The notes: generated by a model from the sequence alone, not told the origin. 64,000 nt of DNA from the human T2T-CHM13v2.0 reference genome, Homo sapiens (GCF_009914755.1 NC_060939.1); one strand, 5' to 3'. Counted from the first letter of the stretch, positions 33,720 to 54,392 are shown. Program-made: numbers and translations.

Positions 33720-34700
33720 CAAACTACAAACATTTATTGAGCGTATGTGTTAGGCACTGTGACAATGTTCTAGAATATGTAAGACATAGCCCAGATATGG
33801 GAAAAGGAAATAAGTCAAGAAGTGTATAAAGAAAAAAATTCTTCACAATGTAAGAGAGAGTGTTAGATGTATGTAAATTAGCTATAATACAATACATGGA
33901 GCATAAGCAAAGTACTACAAGAGCACAACAAATGGTACAATTATGTAGGCTTAATTAGGAGAGACAGTGAAGCCTTACAGAGAAAGCATTTATGTTGGGC
34001 CTTGAGGACTACAGTAGGCTCTTGATTGTGAAGAAGGCAGAAAAGATGGATATGGGATGAGGAGTGACATTTAAATAGAGGAAATTGTATAAGCAAAGAC
34101 ACAGAGGTCCAAATAAGCATGAGTATAGCATGCTCTAGAAGCTGCAAGTATCCCTGAATGGATAGCATGTGAGGTGCCTTGGCCAGAAAGAGATGGACTG
34201 AAGCCAGGTCATGTAGGACCTTGATTGCCATGGTTAGGAGTTTGAACTCTGTTTCATAGTCAATAGGCTGTCATTGGAGGTTTTTAAATAGAGAAGTGAC
34301 AAGATCAGATCTGTGTTTAAAAATGATAATTTTGATAGCAGTGTAAAGGATTAAATTAGAGTATGAAGAAATTATTTGCTGGGGGAAAATGGATTCTGAA
34401 AACAATAGAATATCTTTAATGAAGCATCAGAAGCATTTATAACAGGTCTCTCAGATTTGGGTGACAGGCTTTATTATATTCTCCAATTACGGCTCATTTT
34501 TCTTATATTCCCAGCTAGTTTTCAGCCATTATTCTAGCAACAAACATAAATGAAACAAAGCAAATTAATTCATTTATTCAAAAAAAGTATTGGTGGTCTA
34601 CTATGTGCAAGTCCCTATGCCATGTGCTGACAGAATTCAAAGATGAATAAAACATATCTCCAATCCTCATAGAACTTACAGTCTTATGCAACTGGAAAAA
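33720..34700. mobile_element. L2 fragments
   Basis: AAACATTTATTGAGC..TAGGCACTG and GGAGTTTGAACT..GACAAGATCAGATCTGTG motifs. Confidence 0.6.
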
Positions 34701-34867
34701 TTACTTCAACATTTATTAAATCATCAGTTTATGTAGATTGACATTCAATACACATTGGTTAAAAAAAGATATAAAGGGGAAAGGCAGGAAATATATGAGA
34801 AATAGCCCAAAAAAATGTGAGCAAAGAAAATATATAAAGAAGAAATCAGAATAGCTCATATTTCTTG

Positions 34868-35264
<397 letters not shown>

Positions 35265-35314
35265 CTATTATTTCTATTTTGTCAGGGTTTATAATTTATA
35301 GCTTTTGTCAGTCA

Positions 35315-36890
<1,576 letters not shown>

Positions 36891-36968
36891 TTCTAAAGAA
36901 TAGAGGCAAGGTGAGTAGCCACACCTTACTGCACCAGAATATTCTGTTTCTTTTATTGTCTCCCCACC

Positions 36969-37252
36969 TTTTTTGTTGAGACAGAGTCTCACTCCGTCAT
37001 CCAGGCTGGAGTACAGTGGCAATCTTGGCTTACTGCAACCTCCGCCTCCTGGGCTCAAGCGAGTCTCATGCCTCAGCCTCCCTAGTAGCTGAGATTACAG
37101 GCGTGAGCCACCACACTTAGCTACTTTTTGTATTTTTAATAGAGATAGGGTTTCACCATGTTGGCCAGGCTGGTCTCGAACTTATGGCCTCATGTAATCT
37201 ACCTGCTTAGGCTTCCCAAAGTGTTGGAATTACAAGCGTGAGGCATCCTGGC
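36969..37252 (-). mobile_element. AluS
   Basis: Alu consensus. Confidence 0.88.
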
Positions 37253-37649
37253 TTTTTTTTTTTTTTTTTTTAACATTTCACTTATATGTAAGGTTTTCCC
37301 CTTTACCTTGTTGTAGCTGCTGTTTGAACTTTATCAATGTATTTTTGTTGTTCATTTCATTAGCTATTGGTGCACAGAAAAATCTGTGACTTTATCTAAT
37401 TCTTCTATCCTTACTCAGAAGTTACTTAGCTGAGCTCAGCTGGGCTTGAAGCAGTTGCAAATCAAAGATATTTTCATAAAGAGGTTCAAACAGAGGAGAA
37501 AGGAAGAATAAACATTCCACAATGCACATGCTAATTATTCAGTAAATGTCTGCAGAATTAATTTCAAAGGTTCTCTGGACATAGTTCAATTAATTAAAAT
37601 TGCAAATCATGATTACACCTTATCATTTCACTTTTTCCATTATAGTAAT

Positions 37650-38070
37650 AAGGGAGCATTCACTATATGCCAGAGACTATGGTGAGTACTTTACATATAT
37701 TATCTAATTGAATTCTCATAATAGTGTTGTTAGATTGTGCTATTGTTATCATCCGCATTTTATAGATGAGGAACTTTCAGTGCAATGAGACTAAATAACT
37801 TGTTGAAAGAACACAGCTATCAAGAGGCAAGACCTGGACTCATATCCAAGTGTCTGGTGCCAAACACTGTGTTTTTAACAACTACATTACACAGCTTTCG
37901 TTTTCAGGAATTTAGTGGAAAGAGCGTTGAATGTGGAGTCACAAGTCCTGAATACAAGCCCCAGCTCTAACATTCTATGCCATGTAATCTTGGCAAGTCA
38001 TTTAAATTCTGTTTCTCATTTGTAAAATGGGGATTAGAATGCCTTCTCTGGTTGTTTTGAGAATCATAAG
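37650..38070. mobile_element. Two MIRs in opposite orientation
   Basis: CATTTTATAGATGAGGAA core followed by TTTCTCATTTGTAAAATGGG core. Confidence 0.6.
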
Positions 38071-38171
38071 ACTTTTGCTTAAAAATGGCAGGTTAAACAC
38101 ACGTATTTACCTCTGCTGTCACACCGAACCACTGAAGCAACAGTAAAGTGATGTCTAAAAGGCTTTAACCA

Positions 38172-38456
38172 GGCCAGGTGAGGTGGCTCATGCCTATAAT
38201 CCTAGTACTATGGAAGGCTGAGGCAGGTGGATCCCTTGAGCTCAGGCGTTTGAGACCAGGTTGGGCAATGTGGCAAAACCACATTTCTACCAAAAATACA
38301 AAAATAAGCACCTGATGGTGCACACCTGTAGTCCCAACTACTTGAGGGGCTGAGGCAGGAGGATCCCTTGAGACTGGGAGGTGGAGGTTGCAAAGAAAGA
38401 TCGTGCCACTGCACTCCAGCCTGGGTGAGAAAGTGAGACCCTGTCTCGAAAAAAAA
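38172..38456 (+). mobile_element. AluJ
   Basis: Alu consensus; tail expanded into GGAA repeat. Confidence 0.88.
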
Positions 38457-38623
38457 GGAAGGAAGGGAGGGAGGGAAGGAAGGAAGGAAGGAAGGAAGGA
38501 AGGAAGGAAGGAAGGAAGGAAGGAAGGAAGGAAGGAGAAGGGAAGGGGAGGGGAGGGGAGGGAAGGGAAGGGAAGGGAAGGGAAGGGAAGGAAGGTAGGA
38601 AGGGAAGGAAGGGAAGGAAGGAA
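38457..38623 (+). repeat. GGAA/GGGAA polypurine microsatellite
   Basis: 15 perfect GGAA units at 38474-38533 plus degenerate GGGAG/GGGAA units. Confidence 0.95.
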
Positions 38624-38626
38624 TAA

Positions 38627-38968
<342 letters not shown>

Positions 38969-39616
38969 TTAATGGAAAGAAGCCACAACAACAACATTTT
39001 GGAATCCAGAAAGCATATGGATGAGGAATAATTGACTGAGCAAACCCAAGAAAGCTGAATCCAAAACTAGCAGGGCAAAGCTGAGAAGCAACCTGATCTG
39101 CACTGTAGAATGCACAAAATATTTAGAAATTGATTTACCCAGTTCTTTTGGAAATGAAGGTAGAACTGAAAACAGGAGGATTGTTAGAAAGTCAATTTAA
39201 GAAGCAATTCCCTTCTCTGACTCTGTGCAGCCAAGAGACTTCTTTTCTTCACCCTATCAGAAAAGTGAAGGGTAATTCTCTGGAGAGACTAAAACAGAAT
39301 TTCTGAACCAGAATGGGGTCGCCAGAAATTTAAGAAATATCTCTAACATAAAATATAGAGACTAAAACAAAAGGAAAACAGGCAACTTGGAGGACAGAAA
39401 AACTAAGTAGGAAAAAGAAAAATTTCAAAATGGAAATTATTAGTAAATATCCTAATAGAGATAGAAGATCTTGCATCCAGTAAATAAGTCTGGGATGCCA
39501 TTTAGAAAAAGAGGGGAAAAAAGCATTCTGAGAATTAAAAATAACATGTGCAAATGTAAAATAAAATAGGATAGGTGAAAAATAAAACTAAATAGAAATA
39601 GAAATAGGGGGAGAGT

Positions 39617-39918
39617 GCCAGATACGGTGGCTCACGTCTGTAATCCCAGCCAGCACTTTGAGAGGCTAAGATGGGAGAATGGCTTGAACTCAGGAATCTG
39701 AAACCAGCCTGGGCAACATAGTGAGACCCTGTCTTTACAAAATAAAAATTTTTAAATTAGCCAGGTGTGGTGGGAGGTGCCTGTAGTCCCAACTACTCAG
39801 GAGGCTGAGGTGGGAGGATCACTTGAGCACAGGAGGTCAAGGCTGCAGTGAGCTGGGATCATGCCACTGCACTCAAGCATGTGGGTGATAGAGCAAGATC
39901 CTGTATTAAAAAAAAAAA
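39617..39918 (+). mobile_element. AluJ
   Basis: Alu consensus. Confidence 0.88.
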
Positions 39919-40386
39919 TGGGAAAAATGGAGGGCAAAAAATTATCAAAGGCATAATTCAAGAAAATTTCCCATAATTAAGGACATGAATTTCCAAATTT
40001 AGAGTGGGTACCAACTGTCCAGCACAATGGATAGAAACAAATCCACACCATAACATACTACTATGAAATGTTAGAACACTAGGAACAAAAGTAAGCCTCC
40101 AGAAAAGGAAAAAAAAAGTTACAAACAGTATTAGAATTACATTGAACTTCTCAACAGCAACATTGGAATCAAGAAAATAGTAGAACAGCATTTACAGATT
40201 CTGAGGAAAATTATTTCCAATATAGAATTCTATACCCAAATACACTACTCTTGAGTAAAAAGACACTTTTAGACATGTATGAACTCAATATCTAATATCT
40301 TATACTCATATATACCCTTCTTCAGGAAGCTTTTGAGGGATGGGCTCCCCAAAAATGTCAGAGCAAACAAAGATATAAGAAATAAG

Positions 40387-41325
<939 letters not shown>

Positions 41326-41863
41326 ACATGGCATCCTGGAAACAGGATCTAACACAGAAAGAGGTAATGTAAATTCTCAGAATAATTGTGAGGTTTGATC
41401 CCAGAATAACAGCTGTGAAGCTAGTCTAGAAAATAATCAAGGTCAGAAGGGAGACAATCAGATGGCTCCCAGGTGTTTCCAAGAAGACGAAATTGATAGA
41501 CTACCTAATATGCCCGACTATGTAGTAATGAGAAAAAATACACTTCTAGGGGAGAATTTGGTTATAACTTAGTGATAATTATATTAAAACAAAGTAAGAG
41601 AAAAATAAAAACGAAGCTTGTATTAACTTTAGGAAAAACAAAAAGTTGTATAAGAAAGGAAAAGTAATCATAGCACGTGTATAAGAATTTATATAATCAT
41701 AATAATATACTTATTACTAATTTAACTGACATAACTATATTGGGATAATGGATAGAAAAGTATGTGTGATTGGGGTATGCTGGGGGTTGGAGTAGTTGAA
41801 AGAAATAATATATCTTTCATAGATAACACCTACATTTTAAAAAATCAAGAAATAGCAGTATAT

Positions 41864-42175
<312 letters not shown>

Positions 42176-42308
42176 AGAAATAACAGTAAAAGCATATTAT
42201 TTAGAAGAATTGAGACAAATGCAAAAGAAATAGCTAAAATAGCTAAAAGTTATTATGGGGGCGGAGGGGGGCGGTAGAGGAGGCAGAAATTGAGGCCTAG
42301 GGAATTGA

Positions 42309-42488
42309 TTTTTTTTGTTTTGTCTTGTTTTGTTTTGTTTTAAGGCAGGGTTTCACTCTGTTGCCCAGGCTGGAGTGCAGTGACCCAATCCCAGCTCATT
42401 GGAACCTCTACTTCCCAGAATCAAGTGATCTTCCCACCTCAGCCTCCCAAGTAACTGGGATTATAGGCATGAGCCACCATGCCCAGCC
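42309..42488 (-). mobile_element. FRAM-like Alu monomer
   Basis: Monomer consensus. Confidence 0.75.
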
Positions 42489-42769
42489 CTGATTTTTTCT
42501 TTTTTTGTAATAGGCCTTGTAGAGCTATTTGACTCCTAAACTATGTACATGCCTAGTTTTGATTAAAACAAACATTCCAGCACAGAGGCACCTTGAGGCT
42601 TAAGAATTTGAAAGATGCAAAAGAAACAATATGATAAATCAATACAACACACATTTATACACCAGGAAAAAAAAGAAGAAGAAAAGAAAAAGGAAAAGAA
42701 GAGAGAGTTTGAAAGGACTTAACTCTAAAACACGAGGAACAAGTTAGAAGACTCGGTAGCATGGAAGCA

Positions 42770-42985
42770 AGAGAACATGGATAAGAGTATGGGCTCTAGG
42801 TTCCAATAATCCCAGTTTACGCTCTGCTGTGTACCAGCTGTGTGACCTTGAGAATGCTGCGAAGGCTCAGTTTCCTTATTTGTAAAACAGGTATAATAAT
42901 AGTCCCTCTCTATGAGAGACTGTGAGAGTAAAATGAGATAAGCCTTTGCACAAAGAAAACATTGGAAAGTTTTAGCTACTATTAA
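42770..42985. mobile_element. MIR
   Basis: GCTGTGTGACCTTG..CTCAGTTTCCTTATTTGTAAAAC. Confidence 0.65.
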
Positions 42986-43257
42986 TCTCTTGTTCCTTCA
43001 TTTTCTCTGTGGATTAATAGACATTAAATGGAGGACTAAAAGGGAGTCAGTTTAAGGGAAAATCTAAACCAAAAATCTGAGATGATACACAAACTGGAGA
43101 ACCAGCATCCGAGTACCTGAAAACTGTGATTGTTATGTTATCGCTTCAGCAGTGTAATTGGTGAGCCAATTGCCTTAGAGTTACAGCTATTCATGCCTTC
43201 CTCTGTCCCCTTTCCTTTTCTTCTTCATCCTAACCATTGTCATTATCATCATCTTTT

Positions 43258-43535
<278 letters not shown>

Positions 43536-43933
43536 TATCATCATCTTTTAATGCTTACTGAGCATTTCATTCATTCAGCAAATATTTATTGAATGCCTAA
43601 TGTGCTTCTTTTAGTCTCTGATTCCCATGTGCTCAGCTGATTTAGCTACATTATTTAGACAACAGGTTAAGACTATAGCTATGGAAAGGAACAGTTTTTC
43701 TGCAACAAGAAGTAGGTGTGATCAGTGACAAGTAAGGAGGCAAATTAATCTAAGAGCAAACCACAGGGCATCCAACTCTCACAGAAGGTCATTTTCCTCC
43801 ATAACTAGTGCAATTCTCCTTCCAAACACCATTCCATTTCCCTAATCTGGTAATCACAAAATGTGAGTTTTCGAATTAAGTTTTTATGTTATTCTAAATA
43901 CGCCTGGCTCTTCCTTGAATTCTAGGGAACAAG

Positions 43934-44245
43934 TTTCTTTTTGTTTTCTTGTTTGTTTGTTTTGAGACTGAGTCTTGCTCTGTCACCCAGGCTGGAGTGC
44001 AGTGATGCGACCTCGGCTCACTGCAAACTCCGCCTCCCGGGTTCAAGCAATTCTCCTGCTTCAGCCTCCTGAGTAGCTGGGATTGCAAGCACATGCCATC
44101 ACGCCCAGCTAATTTTTATATTTTTAGTAGAGATGGGGTTTCACCATGTTGTTCACGCTGGTCTCAAACTCCTGGGCTCAAGCAATCCACCCGCCTCGGC
44201 CTCCCAAAGTGCTGGGATTACAAGCATGAGCCACCACACCCAGCC
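43934..44245 (-). mobile_element. AluS
   Basis: Alu consensus. Confidence 0.9.
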
Positions 44246-44307
44246 AGAATATAGTTATTTTTGTTGTTGCTTTTGTTGTTTTTTCTACCCATCACTCAGA
44301 GATATAG

Positions 44308-44622
<315 letters not shown>

Positions 44623-45846
44623 TGGGCTGAGGCATTCTTACGGACCATGAGGCATTCTTAAGGACCACCATTCCTTCACTGAGAGAGTACCCAGAGTTAA
44701 ATGGTACTTTCTGTGACTCAAAGTTTAAAAGACAAAAGAATGCTTGAAGAACTGCCTCACTGTCCTTTATAGACATCCAGTTGTTCTTTTCTCCCTCCCC
44801 CTCCCAGCCTCTTTTATCCTTCTTATCCATACAGCTGAGCCCTTTGGACCTGAAGTTTCCACCCAACCCATCCCTAGGACCATCCTGACCAGTCTTTATC
44901 CCAACACCCAGTGTAAACTTGCCATTGCGGCTCTGGTTCTGGTCTTATGCTACAGTTTCAACAGAGTTCAGATTTCTGAGATCTGGCCCCGACTTCTAGT
45001 TTCTGAGCTCCTTTTTGATTCCTTTCATTGGCTCCCTTGTCTTAATACACCATGAAATCACAGTCCCTCAGAGATGGAATCCAATATGCTCCTACTACTC
45101 TCCCATTGCAGATGCTGCTATTTGCAACATCCCTTACTCAAATAGCAGGCTGTTTGTCTGGATCTCTGAATAGTCCTTCTTCTGGGTTACCCATCACTGT
45201 GCTATCCAGTTTAGAAAAATTCTCTAGCTCCAAGTTATTCCTTCTTGTCAACAACTTCCCAGGCTACCCTCCCTTCTGATGTGTACCACTGAGGCTGGAC
45301 TTCCTTCTAGAATCTGCAGCTGGTTTCATCTTATACTTGTCTTGACCCAATGTACCTTGTCCACCTATAGTTAATCAGAACATGCTGGCCCTGTCCTAAG
45401 ACAAGACAGTCATTCAACCAACCTACTGGGCAGAATGTAATTCTCATAAGGAAGTAGGAGGTCTGAATTTTGAGATCAAGGCTACTTCTACATACATAGC
45501 TCTTATACACATATATACACATAACCCATATACACACCATACCGTTCCTTACCCACATTGCTCTCTGCTTGTGAAAAGCCAGACATATATCTATTTCCCT
45601 ACTTTTGAGTCACTGACTGGATTTGAAAGGATATTGCACTAATAAAATCATTAGCTCCATTGGCAGAGATTTCAAGAAAATACAAGGTTTTGCATATGGG
45701 TATAATAATGACTAATGCAACTTACTATAAGCTAGGCTCTGTTTTAAGTGCTTCATATAAACTAACTCATTTAATCCTCATAACTATCCAGTGAAGTAGG
45801 TACTATTATTATCCCCATTTCACAAATCAGAAAATTGAAGCACAGA

Positions 45847-45985
45847 GCCTGGGTATGGTGGCTCACGCCTGTAGTTCTAGCACTTCGAGAGGCTGAGGCA
45901 GGAGGATCACTTGAGGCCAAGAGTTCAAGACCAGCCTGGGAAACATAGCGAGGCCTCATCTCTAAAAAAATAATAACAATTTTTT
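45847..45985 (+). mobile_element. FLAM_C
   Basis: Monomer consensus. Confidence 0.8.
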
Positions 45986-45987
45986 AA

Positions 45988-46284
<297 letters not shown>

Positions 46285-46546
46285 TAATAACAATAATTTT
46301 TTTTAATGCTTAAATTAAAGCACAGAGAGCTTGAGTAATTTACCAAAGATCATACAGTTAGAAGAACTGGGTGTTGAACCCAGGCAATACTAGAGGACTA
46401 CTATGCTATACTGCTTCTGATCTTTACATCCTCCTTCAAACTGGATTTTGTAGTCCTTAAAATAAAGTTCAAACTGATTACTCTCAGTGAATCAAGAAAC
46501 TCCTAGTACATTTGGCACTGTCTTCATAATACATTTGCTAATGTAA

Positions 46547-46891
<345 letters not shown>

Positions 46892-47634
46892 TGTTTTGTA
46901 TTTATTAAACAATACTATAAAATTCTGATGAAATCCGTATTGTAATTCGGACTTGAGGTTTCTTTTTTTGATCTTCAGAAACTGGTCCAGCTGTTTCTCC
47001 AGCTGCCTGGTAATTCAACAGGAACAAAATCAGTGTATCAGTTCAAATTCTTAATTCTGAAAAGAATGCATTTCCTTTTGTCTTCATAAGACACCTACAT
47101 TTAAATTATAATGCAAAAGCAATCAGATGCTGTGGGGTCAAATTTACATAATTGGTGTCAGGGGTCTAAAGCAGAAGCAAAAGGGGGCTAGAAATTGATG
47201 GAGCTGATAGAGCTGATTATTCCATCCATCTTAGAATCTTTTCAAGTCTTTTATAATGGAGACATTAAATTGCTGTGCATATCTCCTTTGTCTCTCTATA
47301 TTAACGGGGTTTAATTAAGTTAAAGAAAGCTAATTTAACCATAGGTTTTGCATGCTTAGATCTATACTTTTTGGTTTAGAACATGTATGGTAAAACATGT
47401 GCCCACTGCTGCAAACGATTTCGTGCCAATCAGCATTTCTTTGTGACCCATTTGCTCACAGAGCCTGCCACATCTGTCATACTAAACAGCCAGTTCATCT
47501 ACTGGAAGGCTAACCTTAATAATTTAAGCAAAATTTTCAGAAGCCAAATACCTGCAGTAGATGTGGCATATGTTCTTCATAGATTTTAGCCATTCTATGT
47601 ATAGAGACATAGACATATTTCTTAAGACAGCAAT

Positions 47635-48060
47635 AATTGTAGGGCACTGAATCCCACTCAAATTAGTTCAAGTACAAGGGGATGATGTTTATTGAAAAGA
47701 TACACACATAACTTATAAAACCAAAACTGTTAGGACAGTCAGGTTTCACAAGGGATTTGACGTGGAACTTGAAAGTCACAAACTGAAGATATTACTTTCA
47801 TCTCCTCTAGGCTCCATAATGTCTTCTCTCCTTTCTTCGAAGATTGGCTTTCTCTGCTTCAACATCCCCTTGGTAGAAAATGGCAGTCAGCCCCAGCTCT
47901 TCATTATCTAACAGTTCCAGTGCCCAGTATAAACAAACCAAAGACTCTGCATCCCAATTCCAAATTCCCAGGAGAAAGAATGTAATTAACTTAAGTCAGG
48001 TGTCTACCTCTTATTCAATCAGCTGTGGGTAGACGAGCAACATCATACAGTCACTGTGTT
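47635..48060 (-). mobile_element. MLT1-like LTR
   Basis: Degenerate MLT1K/L-like motifs. Confidence 0.45.
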
Positions 48061-48137
48061 GCTTTCTCCACATGAGGAATTGCGGTTAGCCAGCGTTCTA
48101 AAAAGGATTCACAATTGCCATTCTTTGAAACGAGAGA

Positions 48138-48435
48138 TAAGGAGGTAATGCATATGTTAATTAGATCAATTGGGCCATTCCATAATATTTCAAAACACCA
48201 TGTTGTATATAATAAATATATATATTTTTATATATAATTATATATATTTATTATGTACAATTTTATATATAATTTTGTTTTGTTTCTGAGATGGGGGTCT
48301 CTCTGTTGCCCAGGCTGACCTTGAACTTTTGGGCTCAAAGGATCCTCCCACCTCAGCCTCCCAAGTAGCTGCGACTAAAGGCATTTATCTCTACATTCGG
48401 CTTATACATAACATTTTTGTCAATTTAAAAAATTG
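48138..48435 (+). mobile_element. L1MA 3' end with an antisense FLAM (48272-48402) inserted
   Basis: GAGGTAATGCATATGTTAATTAG..TTTTGTCAATTTAAAA. Confidence 0.6.
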
Positions 48436-48951
48436 AAAAGAAATTTTAAAAATTAGAGACAATGAATTGCAGATACTTAGCGTTTAAGCCCTTTAGGATC
48501 CACGTTTTGTCCATCTTCACATTTCAAATCCATTCTGGCCTCTACTAATAACTGCAACACTTGATTTTTTTTATTTCTGTATCTGCCCAAATCACCAACC
48601 AAGTGTTGACAAGATAGTTGTGAGCATTTGTCAATTTGTACAACTGATGCTGACTCTCCTTGTGGAGAATTTCCTGGAAATTTTATGTTTATGCTTCAAG
48701 AAATTTCACAAGTAATGCCTGCAAATATCTCCACCTTCCCTTGAGCTAGGTGCTCAGTGACCAAAATTAACATCAGGAAAGCCAATCCACATCTTTTAAT
48801 TTTAACCTCCAAATAAATGAGACCAATGTAAATACCATCTGAGTGTGCAAATGTGTAAAGGAAAAAATCAAGGTGATACCCTTATTAATTAACACATTAT
48901 AATTTCAACTTCCAACCTGAAAATGAGCCACTTCATGAAAATATAGCCATA

Positions 48952-49061
48952 ACCAGAAGAGGTTGCAGTGAGCCGAGATTGTGCCATTGCACTCCAGCCT
49001 AGGTGACAAGAGCAAAACTCCATCTAAAAAAAAAAAATACATATATATATATATATATATA
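48952..49061 (+). mobile_element. Alu 3' fragment with (TA)n tail
   Basis: Partial right arm. Confidence 0.8.
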
Positions 49062-49720
49062 TGGCCATACCATTGTCAATTCCAAGTCACATTTCAGGGA
49101 AGAATAAGTGGTGATCCATCTAATGACCAAATTCAGTCACGATAATCCCATGTCACTGCAATTTAGCCCAAGCCTCTTTCTATGCAAAGACAGAGAAAGT
49201 GCCCTCCTAATTGTTTTTAATTTTCTTTAATTTTTAACTTTTACACACTATATGAAAGTTCCCTTCTGGCATCTAGAGTTTCCTAGGAATAGGAGATAAA
49301 GATCTCATGCTGAGTGGCTTTTTTAACTCACTCAGTAAGAACTTAGAATTTTAGGAGCTGAGCTAGAGATGATTTCCAAATGCATCTGTGCAGAAAATGC
49401 TGATTATGGGTACTAGTCCAGGAATAACCACAGCCATTTTTTGGCCTTCTTGTGTTTTCCAAATGACTCATAAAGGACCTTCTGCATTCAAATAGTGTGT
49501 CATGAAATGGGAATGATAAAATACAGAAAGCGGACATTGCTGTCTCTTCTTGATGAATGCAGCTTTTTGTTACCTGGTATGAGGCCAGAATAGCCCGTCT
49601 AAAACAGGAGTGAGTTGTACTCCATGCCAGCCACTTCCTGTGCTCTGTGCTATTTCTCTGCTATTTGTGTGACTTCTCCCTGGGGGAAGCAATGCGGCTT
49701 TGTCTTTGAGAATGTCTGGT

Positions 49721-49769
49721 CCAGTGGTTCTTAACCCTGTCTGCAAATTAGAATTACCTGGGAACTGTT

Positions 49770-49808
<39 letters not shown>

Positions 49809-49916
49809 TGTTAATTCTGCCAATTAAATTAGAATTTCTGGGAACTAGACTTGGATATCAGTGTTTTTAAAAAGCTCTCCAAAAGACTTAAATGTTCCAC
49901 TAGAGCTGAGAACCCC
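49721..49916. mobile_element. MER5-family element with internal (A)n(TA)n
   Basis: CAGTGGTTCTTAACC...TTAGAATTACCTGGG...TGAGAACC. Confidence 0.7.
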
Positions 49917-49955
49917 CTAAATTAGATTTGATGAAGATAACCTGACCATTATAGA

Positions 49956-50648
<693 letters not shown>

Positions 50649-50649
50649 T

Positions 50650-50975
50650 GTAGGGTTGTGCTACAGTGACAAACAACCTTAAAAAAGCAAAAGCTTACAT
50701 CTCATTCACACCACATGTGCATTGGAGGTCAGCAAAGTTGCTCTGCTCTCTCCATCATTATTTTCACTTTGGCACCCAGACTGCCAGAGCAACTTCTGTC
50801 TGGAATGTTATTGGTAACCATGGCAGAGGAAAAGCAGACCATGAAAAAGCATGCTCTGGCTCTTAAAACTTCTGCCAGAGGAACCCCCAGAGCTTCCACT
50901 CACATTTCAATGGCCAAAGCAACTCACATGGTGACATCTGAGCTCAACAGGACAGGTTATTGTGATCTTTCCACA
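50650..50975 (-). mobile_element. MLT1-like LTR
   Basis: Degenerate MLT1 motifs (GGCTCTTAAAACTTCTGCC, TGGCCAAAGCAACTCACATGG). Confidence 0.55.
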
Positions 50976-51211
50976 TGAAGAGGAACCAGGTATCAGTGAG
51001 CAATCTACTAGAGCCGGCAGTCTCTCAGACATGTCCACTGTGATTAAGAGACATAAACACTCCCATTGGCCAGTAAGAGCTGATCTTCTGGTTATCGTGC
51101 ACCTGGCTCCAGACCAAGGTAGGGCATAACATGGCACTGGCAATGCTATTTCCTTCTGATTTGTATGCCCATCTTTCACTTAAAATTGAGGTGGAATTAA
51201 GAGGACACAGT

Positions 51212-51541
<330 letters not shown>

Positions 51542-52004
51542 CTAACACTGTGACAACGAGCCCAGCACTTGCATTATTAACAAGAATGTTTTTAGTAGAT
51601 TCTCCTAATTAGCTCTGGGATCACATCAGGTTTTCTTTATTGGCTTTTAACCGGGTTTCATATTTCCAGTCTGAGGTTTGGGAGTGCCCATTGACTAAAT
51701 TATATAGCCTGTGCAAAATTTGTTTTAACTTCAAACCTAGAAAATGCAGGTCAACATCCTGGGTTTTTGTTGTTGTTTTTGTTTATCAATAAAAGTTCTG
51801 CCAGGACTATATAAGATGTCTAAGCCTTATGAAGGCAATAGCCAGGATTTTTCCCGTTACAAACCATGATCATTGGACATATTGCCAAGCACTGTAATCC
51901 AGAATGAAGTTTGGATACAGCACGGAAAAAAAAAGTGGAAATTCATAGTTGAAATCAGGCACATCATTTAGAAGTAGCCAGGGGTCACTAAAAGAAGTAA
52001 TGCT

Positions 52005-52326
<322 letters not shown>

Positions 52327-53561
52327 TTAAACTGATTGACATTATGACTCAAAGTATTTAGTATGGTATTTCTCTCCATTGTTGTAATTAGGTACAACAA
52401 TTCCCATTAGTTACCAAAAGACTGTCTAAACTACAAAGTTGGTCTAAGAGCTCAGCAGCTTTTAGAAAGACTCTTGATTAGAAAAAAAAAAAAATGCTGG
52501 TTCTTGGTCCTGTGTTCTAGGCTCTATACCCATTACTTTGAAGGACCCCAAACAGTAGATCACATCACAATAGATCCATAATAATTAGAGACGTATCTTG
52601 CAAATTCCATAATGTGTTTCCCACATTCTTCTTTCTCTGTGGTTTGTCTGGGTTTACCTTGGGAACAAAGCTTCACTCTTAGTAACTGTCCCTCACACAA
52701 ACCTTTTCTGTCATAGTCCATTCCTTGCCTCTGCTTCTGCCCCTGCCCCTATCCCTGCTGCAATGATCTCAAGGATTTGAGGAGACGAAGAGTTTTCCTT
52801 TCTACAATTCCATCACTTACTACTTTCTTCAGTTCTGTCCTCTCCTAGGTCATGGAGAAGCATATTATTGAATGTCACAGAGAAGGGTCATTCTCTCAGG
52901 ATCCTAAAGATGTCACCAGTAACAAACGTTTTATTCCAGTAGATATGTGATCTCACATAGAAAGTCTAAAAAGCATTCTCCTCACCATATGTCGCTAGAA
53001 TTTAATGACCAAAACAGGACCATCTGTGCTTTTTATCACCTGTTCCTGCTGGAAATCTACAAGGTTGGGAAACTCAAACATGATCTCCCCAACTCTTTTT
53101 GGGGAAGGGCACTATTGAAAGATCCAGGTCTTTTCTAGTAGCCTAGAGACTTCTGGAGCCATGAGGGATACTGTGGAAACCCTTGAATTGACTGGGTCCA
53201 GTTCATTGTAAAGAGAAAATTCTGTGCATGACACAATTGGATGCACGCTTTCTCAAAACTGACCCTAGCTGTTGCAGTTCCTCCATGGAGATAGGAAATT
53301 GATAGAAGTTTTCTGGGCGGCAACCCACTGCCCTGTGCTTCATTTGGTTCTCTCCGTCCCTAACCTATTTCCTACTGTTTATCCACACAGTTACAGCTCT
53401 ATCTGGTGCAGTTCTTTGTTCACTTTTGGTTTTTCTCATGACGGGAATCTGGCTTTGACCTGGCATTTCAGTACCAGGGACTGATTCAGTCACTGGGAGA
53501 ATGACTTGAATATTCATAGTCGACTCTGGCAGTCACTGTCTGGCCATGGGGAGATTGTTGA

Positions 53562-53957
<396 letters not shown>

Positions 53958-54392
53958 TAACCTGTGCTTTTCTACTTTGTACTTTTTTGAATTGTTTGAA
54001 TTTTGCCATTTGCATGAATGACTCTTATTTTAAAATAAATTTAGCCCGTTAGAAAATTAATTAAATTAAATTTCAAAAAGTGAAAAAAAATCTAGGATAT
54101 TTTAATATATCCTAAAAAATATTCTATTGTTTAAGTCATTTAAAGTTTGCCCTGGCTCCACCTCTAACTATCTCTGTAAGTTTAACCATTTGAATTTTTT
54201 TCTTCATTAGTAAAATGTGGGAGGTGAATTTGATGACACTTAAATTACAATTAATGCTCTATATTGTCCCATTAAACTTTTCCCAACCTTCTTTTGTCAG
54301 GTATAGTAATCAATGTGTATGTGACTCACATAATAGAAAAATGAAAACCTTTTAGTAATGAGGTTAAATCAAAACAGGGTTATTCTAACCTG

